From the NCBI GenBank assembly GCA_951406725.2, contig OX597819.1:60140001-60204000 (forward strand): a stretch of DNA of 64,000 nucleotides. Direction: 5' to 3'. The notes under the pieces were generated by a model that ran no database searches, had not been told where the DNA came from, and saw only the letters and a list, made by a program, of their open reading frames with translations. Shown here one piece after another: positions 53,598 to 64,000 of the stretch. The position numbers and the translations under genes were made by a program. The stretch comes from Octopus vulgaris (taxonomy: Eukaryota). Positions within the stretch are counted from its first letter, which is position 1, and each line of letters begins with the position of its first letter.

Positions 53598-56141
53598 GTA
53601 AGTAAAAACCTTTGTTTTCAAAATGTATTTCTCAAATTGATTCCTAATGATTCCTTTTGGCACCAACCCACCTGACACCAATGGTTCTTTGATACAAGTT
53701 TTGAGTTTTAAAATGATCTGAATCAAGACCTATCAAAATTTCATGCTAATTCTTGTTTAAAACACCAGCTTAATAACGACAAAGTTATCTCACTAAATTC
53801 TTCAATATATTTATTCAAAATAAAGACAGTGCATTTCATAAGTACAAGACTACACATTTTTGAAGGAATTATGGTTGATTTAAATAACCTCAGTGCACAT
53901 GACTGGCGCCTAGTTTCTTTGCTCTATTTCCAAAGATACAATAAAATATAAAGTTGATCACCAGCAGGATTTGAAATTAGAAACATGAAAAATATGTAAC
54001 TAAATACCACTAAGCATTTGTTAAGAGCTTAGCTGGTTCTGTTATGTACCTGCTTTCATTTTCTACTTAATAGTGACCTTCTTCACAGAAGAAAATTATT
54101 CTCAGTGGAGAAAATAGGAGTGTTTAAAGCAATAAGCATACAATTAAAAGATCTCTTAAGAAAAGCAGTTTTAAATGAATCTAAATTTCACTTGCTTAAA
54201 AAGACTAACAAATTTCTTATAATTATACATGGTTGAAAATCAACATGAATGCAATAAAATGCTTTCTTTAAACGTAGTTTTTTAGAAATCCAACAGCAAA
54301 AGTTATGCTCCAGTAACCTTCGATACTATTGACGGCATATGTAAACTTATTATTCTGTATGTATATGTTGTCATTGTTGTAGTCATCATTGTCTCTGCCA
54401 CTGCTACTGCTGTTGTTGGTGGTGGTGTTATTGGTACCAGTGGTGGTGGTAGTGTTGATTTACATCAATGTTTGCATGCTAGCATGAGTTAGACAAGTGT
54501 TTTATGCCCTGTGGCACCTTGGGCAAGTGTCTTCTACTATAGCCTTGGGCCAACCAAAGCCTTGTGAGTGGATTTGGTAGATGGAAACTGAAAGAATCCT
54601 GTCGTATATATGTGTATATTTATATATTTATGTGTGTATTTATGTGTCTGTGTTTGCCCTCACTGCCCCACATCGCTTGACAACTGATGCTTGTGTGTTT
54701 ACGTCCCCATAACTTAGCAGTCCAGTAAAAGAGACTGATAGAATAAGTACTAGGCTTACAAGGAATAAGTCCTGGGGTCAGTTTGCTCAGCTAAAGGCAG
54801 TGCTCCAGCATGGCCACAGTCAAATGACTGAAACAAGTAAAAAAAGAGATATCTTCCTGTAATCAACTCTTTTAGTTGCGTCTGACTATCTACCAATGAC
54901 CAATGAACCTATTCAAAAACTAGGATGCACACTCTATGGTCGATTTTCATGAGTGTAGAGAGATGAAAGCAGAGATATGTGGCTTAGTGGCAAGGGTATT
55001 GCACACATGACTGTAAGATTGTGACTTTAATCCCTGGACCAGGTGATGTGCTGTGTTCTTGAACAAAACACTTCACTTTACATTACTCCAGTCCACTCAG
55101 CTGGAAAAGATGAGCAATCCTGCAATGGATCAGCATCCTGTCCAAGTGGGAATATTTATCCCCCAGAACTTAGGAAGTCAGCCTTTTAAACCTATGGATC
55201 AGGAAGCACCTTTGATCTTTTAAGAAAGATAAAGGACAAATATAAGCCCTAAATTATTTCAATTCAATGCACAAAGGTACTGGATCAGATATAGTATAGT
55301 AGCTACAACTAATATTTCGGATATCTTCCCCACCACGTAAAATTAATATCAAACCTTAATTGATTGACTTTGTAGTGGGATGTGTAGCAAAAGGTGTTTT
55401 TGATGGTTCAATGTATGTTATTGGTGTAGCAGATGAAGATAGGCGTGTTGGACAACATCAAAGGAAAACAATGAGGAAAGCATTGGACTGTAGTTTAAAT
55501 AATTTCTTTCATCAACAGTTGCATCTATGTGTTGGATATATAAAGCTTGATTTACGACATCAATGAAGGCCACTTCATGAAGTTACCAACTGCATTGAGT
55601 TGGTGAAATAAAAAAGAAAGAACAGAAATAGAATGTTGATTTGATGAGATAGTACATGGCATATTTTGTCTGTGTGTGCATTGGTCATTTGGCTGGGTCA
55701 TGTTGTTTTTCTGTCCTCTCTGTTTGTGTTCTGCTACTGTGTTGTATTGTTGGCTATTCTCCTTTGCTCATGCTAATTATGTGGCTCCCTGTTGGCTGCT
55801 TGCCTGTCGCAAGCCATCTACCTATCTGTCCGAGACCATATTTATGGTCGTCCTGGGGTTGGGGAGGAATAGATATACCAAAGGAGTAGTTTCTACTTAT
55901 CTAGGTCACCTGCTGTCCAGTTCAGGTTGGAGGTCGAATGAAAATCAAACCATCACTTTTTGACAGGACAAAGAAACTTCTTTTGTAACTGTTCCGTCAT
56001 TGGTGGATCAGGCAAGCAAGAATCCTTGGATTCAGTTTTGAATCTCAGTTCAGAAAGTGAAATGCTAGTTTTTACAACTTTTATATGTATTCTATAAGTT
56101 TAAATTAAGACTGAATAGAACCAAATTCTATGATTTTTCAG

Positions 56142-56384
56142 GTGAATTTTCCATCATTCAGCTCTTCCTGCGCCATTCACCAATATCTGCTTCGGTGACT
56201 CAAATTGGTTACTTCTTTAGTTTGCAGAACTTTGTGTATGGCTTCACATTGATTATCATTCTTCCTTTGTTGAAGAAATGTTTCTCAGTGAATGACCTTG
56301 CTTTGAGTCTCGTTGGATTTGCAGCTCAAGGAATTGGATCTATCATGTTTGGATTGGCTCAAAACATAACAACAGCATTCATTG
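56142..56384 (+). CDS. SLC46-family transporter, second coding exon (243 nt, phase 1-1)
   Basis: Acceptor gatttttcag at 56141; reads in frame with exon 1 as GEFSIIQLFLRHSPISASVTQIGYF...ILPLLKKCFSVNDLALSLVG...TTAFI; donor ATTG|gtttgt. Confidence 0.88.
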
Positions 56385-56684
56385 GTTTGTATGCTTTTTC
56401 TTCTTTCTTTTTGTAATTTCTTTCCATAAAATATTTCACATGAGGCAACATAAGAACAATGCAGGCCCTTTATTCATTTGAAGTTCTTCACAACTCTGCT
56501 GTCATTCCAAACATTGTCTACAGTACTTCTCTTTTTTTCTTATTATTGACCAAAATTCTCAGACATTAAAAAACAATACACAACAATTGTTGATACAATT
56601 CTCATATCAAGGAAATTCCTTTTAGAAGGTTTTCATCTTTCACATTTGTCAGTCTACATTTATTGCTATTAAAATAACATACAT

Positions 56685-56724
<40 letters not shown>

Positions 56725-57178
56725 ATATACATGCACACATGCACTGCTTACAAACCACATGGTTCCGGGTTCAGTCCCACTGCATGGCACCTTGGGCAAG
56801 TGTCTTCTACTATAGCCTCGGGCTGATCAAAGCCTTGTGAGTGGATTTGGTATTTGGAAACTGAAAGAAGCCCATCGTATATATGTATATATAAGTGTAT
56901 ATATATATATGTACATGTGTGTATATGTTTGTGTGTCTGTGTTTGTCCCCCCAACATTGCTTGACAACTGATGCTGGTGTGTTTATGTCCCTGTAACTTA
57001 GCAGTTTGGCAAAAGAGACTGATAGAATAAGTTCTAGGCTTACAAAGAATAAGTCCTGGGGGCGATTTGCTCGACTAAAGGCGGTGCTCCAGCATGGCCA
57101 CAGTCAAATGACTGAAACGAGTAAAAGTGTATGCACATACACACACACACACAGAAGCATGCACAGGTGCACACGCAC

Positions 57179-57221
<43 letters not shown>

Positions 57222-58037
57222 AAATTGTTTTCAATTTTAATTTTAATTCAGAATTTTTCCTCCAATGATAAATTATTGAAAAGAAATTTTACAGTAAATT
57301 CCATGAGATTAAAAGAATAAAATACAAACAAAAAAAGAAATATGTATAAAGAAACAAAATAGAAAATAAAATATTCATGACTGAGAGTTTGTAGACTGTC
57401 AGGGAACCAGGGGTTCTTTATGGTTGATATAAAGGAGACATTTTGAAGGAGCTTTAACATAAATGGAAATAAAAGGCATAAATAGTTTTTCTCTAAGTTC
57501 AGTATTTACTTGTTAATGTTTGTGAGGCTGAGGTGGGCTGGAAGTAATAGGGTCAGTGGCATCAGGAAAATATCTGATGAGTCTTGCCAGAAGGAGAGGA
57601 GCTAGGGAGGTCATATGAGCAGAAGGGTGACTAGCATGGACCTCTTTTGTTTTGGGGTTGTCACTCGGGACAAATGTGGTAGCCACATGAGGTGAGGGAA
57701 TTTGTCATTAGGGTCTGGTGAGCGGTTAGGTGGGTAGTGATCCTACGGATATATCCTGGCTGGAAAGGATAAACACTATGAGAGGATCTGTGAGGTGGGA
57801 GAATTACAGATAATTGCTTCAAATTTCGGCACAAGACTGCTATTTTAGGGTAGTGGGTAAGTTGATTACATCCACTCCAAGTGGTACTTATTTCATTGAC
57901 CTCAAAAGCAGGAAAGACGAAGTTGACCTTGGTGGTGAACTCAGAAGAGTGTAAAGAGCCAGAAAAATGTTGCTAAACATTTTATCCAATGCACAAACAA
58001 TTCTGTCAACTTGCCACCTTATATCTTATAAATAACG

Positions 58038-58460
58038 TCACAGGATGTAACTGTGTGGTAAGTAGCTTGCTTACCAACCACTTGGTTCCGGGTTCAGTCC
58101 CACTGCATGGCACCTTGGGCAGGTGTCTTATACTATAGCCTCAGGCCGACTAAAGCCTTGTGAGTGGATTTGGTAGACGGAAACTGAAAGAAGCCTGCCG
58201 TATATATGTATATGTATATATATATATATGTGTGTGTGTGTGTTTGTGTGTCTGTATTTGTCCCCACAACGTCGCTTTCCAACCAATGCTGGTGTGTTTA
58301 CGTCCCCGTAACTTAACGGTTCAGCAAAAGCGACCGATAGAATAAGTACTAGACTTACAAAGAATAAGTCCTGGGGTGGATTTGCTCAACTAAAGGCGGT
58401 GCTCCAGCATGGCCGCAGTCAAATGACTGAAACAAGTAAAAGAGTAAAGAGTAAAAGAGT
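58038..58460 (+). mobile_element. SINE family B, intronic
   Basis: Full-length copy. Other plus copies at about 47360-47800, 54510-54845, 56745-57127, 60550-60880 and 61178-61578. Confidence 0.87.
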
Positions 58461-59011
58461 AATATAATAATCTAAAAGAGAGGATTGCAAACAATAAACA
58501 TGTCTACAAAATAGCATAATGGTAGGACACGCTCTAATTTTTAAAGATGTTTAGTATCTAGTAAAAAGTAATGCTAAAAATATTTTGGAGAAAAGTTTGC
58601 CATTGATCTTTTCAAAATCATAATAACAAGGAGGATTTCAGGGTGAATAATGCATTCAATGAAACATAAAAATACAAGAAATAATGGTTATAGTTGAAGG
58701 CTAAATGTTATGAACTAAAGAAATTCTTTTGAAGCAGATGGAATAGATATAATGAAAGTTACTAGTATACTGATACTTTATGGGCTCTAATTTGAGTGGA
58801 TGAAATGTGCTTGGTCACCTTAGTGTGAAGGTTACCATAGTCATTTGGATTCTGACAAATTTATGATTTGATTATTGTGGGTAGTTCTTAATACATTTTT
58901 TCTACCTTAGATCCACACACACAATGAATATAATTGAAAATTTTAACTATTTAAATTTCGTTTTTGGATTTGGTTTGCAAGATTCTTTATATGAGTTCAT
59001 GTGTTGAAACA

Positions 59012-59305
59012 TATTCTGTTGTGTCTGGGGAGAGTCATTTTCTTTTTGTGCCTTATAATTTAACACACTCACCGGTAAAATTTCCACTTATTTCTAATTT
59101 TTATTTTCCTAAAATTTTCATTACATCTTGCAACCTTTTCAGTAGTCTTGACTATTGAAAAGGTTGCAAGACTATTGAAAAGGTTACAAGACACAACGAA
59201 AATTTTAGGAAAATAAAAATAAGAAATAAGTGGAAATTTTACCAGTGAGTGTGTTAAATTATAAGGCACAAAAAGAAAATAAATCTCCCCAGACACAACA
59301 GAATA
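59012..59305. repeat. Long inverted repeat (arms 59012-59150 and 59167-59305, ~139 bp)
   Basis: Reverse-complement arms; a 20-bp tandem duplication gactattgaaaaggtt(g/a)caa at the centre. Confidence 0.9.
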
Positions 59306-59533
59306 ACTATTTACATTTTTCTGCTTTAATTTTGTTGCTTAAATTTTTTTGACAGTTCTTATTCCTGATACACTACAAAATTATTCTATCATAGATACAT
59401 AATATAAAATCTATAATGTAAAATCTAACAGAAATTCTAAGAGTTTGAAATTTCAAATCATTATGAAATATTTTTATATTTTTCCACAAAACATACCATT
59501 TTAAAATTTCATTTTATAAATTCTTTTACACAG

Positions 59534-59617
59534 TTCCAGTAGTAAAAATGCCACTTGGTTTTACCTATGCAACAATTCGTTCTGTGACATCCACTTTTGT
59601 TAACATTGATGAAGAAG
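59534..59617 (+). CDS. SLC46-family transporter, third coding exon (84 nt, phase 1-1)
   Basis: Acceptor cttttacacag at 59533; in-frame VPVVKMPLGFTYATIRSVTSTFVNIDEEG matches the IRS-x2-S-x2-V-x3-E-x-G loop of SLC46 proteins; donor GAAG|gtaaga. Confidence 0.88.
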
Positions 59618-59839
59618 GTAAGAATGATATTGTTGCCTGTTAAATTTTTATTTTTGTATGTGTATATGAGTAGTGGAGAAATAGTCACATTTTAGACACA
59701 AAGTTTACCAGCAGGAATGACAAGACCACCCATGGTACTTGACAACGTAAGCCATGAGTAGGATGGCTAAATGAGTGAAGGTTAATAATGTATGAACTCA
59801 TACTAATAGCATATTAGCTTTATTCTTTTTTTTTTAATT

Positions 59840-60040
59840 TTGTTTCAGTCATTTGACTGCGGCCATGCTTGAGCACTGCCTTTAGTCAAGCAAACTGACC
59901 TCAGGACTTATTCTTTGTAAGCCTAGTACTTATTCTATCGGTCTCTTGCTGAACCACTAAGTGATGGAGATGTAAACACACCATTATTGGTTGTCAAGCG
60001 ATGTTGGGGGAGACAAACACAGACGCACAAACATATACAT

Positions 60041-60072
<32 letters not shown>

Positions 60073-60230
60073 GACAGGCTTCTTTTAGTTTGCATCTACC
60101 AAATTCACTCACAAGGCTTTAGTCGACCCAAGGCTATAGGATAAGACACTTGCCCAAGGTGCCATGCAGTGGGACTGAACCTGGAACCATGTGGTTGGTA
60201 ACCAAGCTACTTACTACACAGCCACTCCTT
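59840..60230 (-). mobile_element. SINE family B, intronic, inverted relative to neighbouring copies
   Basis: Full-length reverse copy about 220 bp downstream of exon 3. Confidence 0.87.
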
Positions 60231-60612
60231 ATGTTAAAGTAATGTTTTGAAAATTAAGAAAATTGAATAAATATAACACATGAAAATGCAAAATAGTAAA
60301 TAGGAAATCCACAGTAGTATTTTAAGGGTCCATGAAAAAGTTCTGCTTTAGAAGCATTTATTGTAAGAAATAGCTGTGTTACTTTCAGTCCAAACTATAC
60401 AAGTGAATGTGTGAAAATCAAAACAGGAATTTTGAAAGAAGCATTTATAGAACTAGTTTTTAAACATCAAATAACTATGAGGGTCCACCAAAATAGAATA
60501 TCCACCAAAGGGGTCCATATATATAAAATGGTTGAGAACCCCATGTACAAATGCCTCAGGCTGACCAAAGCCTTGTGTGTGGATTTAGTACACAGAAACT
60601 GAAAGTAGCCTG

Positions 60613-60664
<52 letters not shown>

Positions 60665-60985
60665 TGTGTGTGTGTGTTGCTTCCCCACCAATGCTTGACA
60701 AGTGGTGTTGTGGTGTTTATATCTCTGTAACTTAGCTGTTCAGCAAGATACTGATAGAAAAAGTAGCAGATTTAAATAAATAAAAAAGTACTGGGGCTGA
60801 TTTGTTCAATTGAAATTCTTTAAGCTGGTGCCCCAGCATGGCCATAGTCTAATGACTGAAACTAGTAAAAGGTAAAAGATAAAGCTAAAACATGTTCTGA
60901 TAGATATGAATGTGAATATCTGCTTCTATTGCTGTTGTTGTTGTTGTTGTTTTTTTGTCATCAGAGAATATCTCTTCTTTAAGAT

Positions 60986-61299
60986 CAATGGTTCTCAACT
61001 ATTTTTTACCTTTGGATTGCTTTTATTCCAATATTATTCAGATGGACTCTCATAGCCATTCGATGTTTAAAAAAAATCCAATTATATTTTCATAATTAAA
61101 TATTAATCAGAAGTGTATAAAAAGAATTGTTAAAATATTTTGTGTATTGTACAAGTATAACAATTTTATTGCACATAGGCGTAGGAGTGGCTGTACAGTT
61201 CCATTGTGTGGCACCTTGGGCAAGTGTCTTCTACTATAGCCTAGAGCCGACCAAAGCCTTGTGAGTGGATTTGGTAGACGGAAACTGAAAGAAGCCCGT

Positions 61300-61352
<53 letters not shown>

Positions 61353-61635
61353 ATATGTTTGTGTGTCTGTGTTTGTCCCCGCAACATCGCTTGACAACCG
61401 ATGCTGGTGTGTTTACGTCCCCGTAACTTAGCAGTTCGGCAACAGAGGCCGATAGAATAAGTACTAGGCTTACAAAGAATAAGTCCTGGGGTCAATTTGC
61501 TTGACTAAAGGCAGTGCTCCAGCATGGTCACAGTCAAATGACTGAAACAAGTAAAAGAGTAAAAAAGAATAAAAGAGTATAGATTTTAACAAAAAAATCT
61601 TATAATGGACCCCCAAGGGCCAGTTGAAACCATTG
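60986..61635. mobile_element. hAT-like MITE interrupted by a SINE
   Basis: Ends CAATGGTTCTCAAC ... GTTGAAACCATTG; a family B SINE lies at 61178-61578. Confidence 0.5.
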
Positions 61636-61754
61636 TTTTAGATGGTATGTAACATCAAAACACATGTGATTCCTGAATGGAAGGGGACTTTGAAACTCTG
61701 CTTTGTTTCAAATTTGTTGTTTGTCTCCTCAGTCAAAGCTACACTGCCAGACTA

Positions 61755-63372
61755 ATCATCATCATCATCATCATCGTTTAACGTCCGCTTTCCATGCTAG
61801 CATGGGTTGGACGGTTCAACTTGGGTCTGGCAAGCCCGAAGGCTGTACCAGGCCAGTCAGATCTGGCAGTGTTTCTACAGCTGGATGCCCTTCCTAACGC
61901 CAACCACTCCGAGAGCGTAGTAGTGTGATTTTATGTGCCACCGACACAGGTGCCAGACGAGGCTGGCAGACGGCCACGCTCGGATGGTGTTTTTTATGTG
62001 CCACCGACACAGGTGCCAGACGAGGCTGGCAGACAGCCACGCTCGGATGGTGTTTTTTATGTGCCACCGACACAGGTGCCAGACGAGGCTGGCAGACGGC
62101 CACGCTCGGATGGTGTTTTTTATGTGCCACCGACACAGGTGCCAGACGAGGCTGGCGAATGGCCACGATCGGATGGTGTTTGTTACGTGCCCACAGCACG
62201 GAGGCCAGTCGATGCGGTACTGGCTACGGCCACGTTCGGATGGTTTTCTTATGTGCCACCGGCACTGGTACCACAAGGATACAAATTCCATTGATGTTCA
62301 TCTATTTTGATTTGGTTTGATTGATTTGGTTTTGGTTTTCACTTGCCTCAACAGGTCTTCACAAGTGTCACAAGAAGGAAGGTATGCACAGGAGGACTGA
62401 CTAGGTCCCAGGTAGGGGCCACGGGTTATGGCTTCACTAGTCTTGCCGGGTCTTCTCACGCACAGCATACTTCCATAGGTCTTGGTCTCTAGTCATTTCC
62501 ATGGTGAGACCTAACGTTCGAAGGTTGTGCTTCACCACCTCGTCCCAGGTTTTCCTGGGTCTACCTCTTCCACGGGTTCCCTCAACTGCTAGGGATTGGC
62601 ACTTTCTCACACCCCTATCTTCATCCATTCTCGCCACATGACCATACCAGTGCAATCGTCTCTCTTGCACACCACAACTGATGCTTCTTAGGTACAACAT
62701 TTCTCTCAAGGAACTAACGCTCTGTCGAGTAAGTACACTGACATTACACATCCATCGGAGCATACTGGCTTCATTCCTCATGAGCTTACGCATGTCCTCA
62801 GCAGTCACGGCCCATGTTTCACTGCCATGTAGCATGGCAGTTCGTACACATGCATCATACAGTCTGCCTTTTACTCTGAGCGAGAGGCCTTTAGTCACCA
62901 GCAGAGGTAAGAGCTCCCTAAACTCTGCCCAGGCTATTCTTATTCTAGCAGTTACACTCTCAGCGCACCCAGCCCCACTACTGACTTGGTCACCTAGATA
63001 ACGGAAGCTATCAACTACTTCTAGTTTTTCCCCTGGAAAGTGACGGAAGTTGTTTTCTGCAGATTTTCGGAGGTCAATGCTCCCGAGCATCTGCCACATA
63101 CAAAAACTATCTTCCCAGTTAGCCTACCTTTGACATTGCTGCACCTCTTATGTGTCCATAGCTTACACTGGGTACATCTTATAGAGTTTCTACCTACACC
63201 TTTTCTACAGATCGAGCAGGGCCATCTTCCTGAGGACATTTGTGGATTGTCTACCTTTCTACTTATTAGTACTTTGGTTTTAGCTAGGTTGACTCGAAGG
63301 CCCCTCGATTCTAAACCCTCCTTCCACACCTGGAACTTCTCCTCCAGTTCTGATAGTGACTCAGCAATTAGA
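61755..63372 (-). mobile_element. RTE-type LINE, 5' truncated just after the YADD motif; PHD finger within RT; 3' UTR with 63-bp repeats and (ATG)n tail
   Basis: LIAESLSELEEKFQVWKEGLESRGLRVNLAKTKV - C4HC3 finger - LEVVDSFRYLGD..ARIRIAW..LYDACVRTAMLHGSETW..RRLHWYGHVARM..RGRGRPRKTW; 1-nt frameshift in a G run at about 63031. Confidence 0.9.
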
Positions 63373-63529
63373 ATCTAACAAATTAATGAATCTAACAAAT
63401 TAATGAATCTAACAAAAGCATGAGCTCTTATTTATAGAACTCAGCCGATGTCTACCAAACAAATAATGATTAATGGGGTGCACACAGGACAGTGAGAATC
63501 CAAACAATAATGTATCCATTCTTTCTTAA

Positions 63530-63974
63530 CCCTTTCGTTACTGTATTTATTTTGTGATGCTCTGTGTTTCTTTCAATTACTTTAAATGTAACAAAGAATT
63601 TAGTAAAATGACTTCGTTATTATTCAGCTAGTGTTAGGAACATAAATTGTAACTAAGGTTTGATGGAAGATTTTAATTCAAAACTTATGAAAACAAGACA
63701 TTTGTACTCTGAGCCAGAGCTGGTTTCAACCAGGTTGATAATGAACAGGTTAACCCTTTTGATATCAAACTGCCTGAATCCGCCTCAGGCTCTGTAGTAA
63801 AATATCTTGTTTTCAAAAATTCTGAATTAAAATCTTCCACCAAACCTTAGTCACAATTTATGTTCCTAACACAAGCTTAATGATAACGAAGTTATTTTAC
63901 TAAATTCTTTGTTATATTTAAAATTAATTGAAAGAAACACAGAGCATCTCAACAGAAATATGGTAACAAAAGGG
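63530..63974. mobile_element. Two ~220-bp piggyBac-type MITEs in inverted orientation sharing a central TTAA
   Basis: TTAA-CCCTTT...CAGG-TTAA(63750-63753)-CCCTTT...AAAGGG; the halves are reverse-complement homologues. A diverged third copy lies at about 53650-53840. Confidence 0.75.
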
Positions 63975-64000
63975 TTTGTATTTGTATCATAGGACAAGGG

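Noticed and set aside
61931-62182. CRISPR-like regular repeat array
   Set aside because: The units are contiguous tandem copies without unique spacers, sit in a LINE 3' UTR, and no cas genes are present.

Overview
AT-rich, repeat-saturated eukaryotic DNA. The SINE, LINE and microsatellite content suggests an Octopus (coleoid cephalopod) genome; this is inferred from the repeat families, not proven. The one host gene I can support is a plus-strand SLC46-family (PCFT/SLC46A1/A3-like) MFS transporter with three coding exons (52790-53597, 56142-56384, 59534-59617), continuing past the window. Most of the rest is mobile DNA: three tRNA-derived SINE families, RTE-, CR1- and R4/Dong-type LINE fragments, Tc1/mariner and piggyBac-type MITEs, Helitron-like elements, a probable solo LTR, and many microsatellites, which generate most of the listed ORFs as artefacts. 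The most interesting theme is Penelope-like retroelements. A nearly intact Naiad-type element (RT + zinc knuckle + GIY-YIG, about 34632-39302) sits in a (TA)n tract and carries a hammerhead ribozyme in its 3' region. At least three more minimal hammerhead motifs (32155, 39378, 48518) and two long fold-back structures with hammerhead-like remnants near their centres are scattered through the window. Also notable: a C4HC3 PHD finger inside an RTE reverse transcriptase, a copy-number-variable 63-bp hairpin array in that RTE's 3' UTR, and a perfect 33-bp hairpin next to a SINE.
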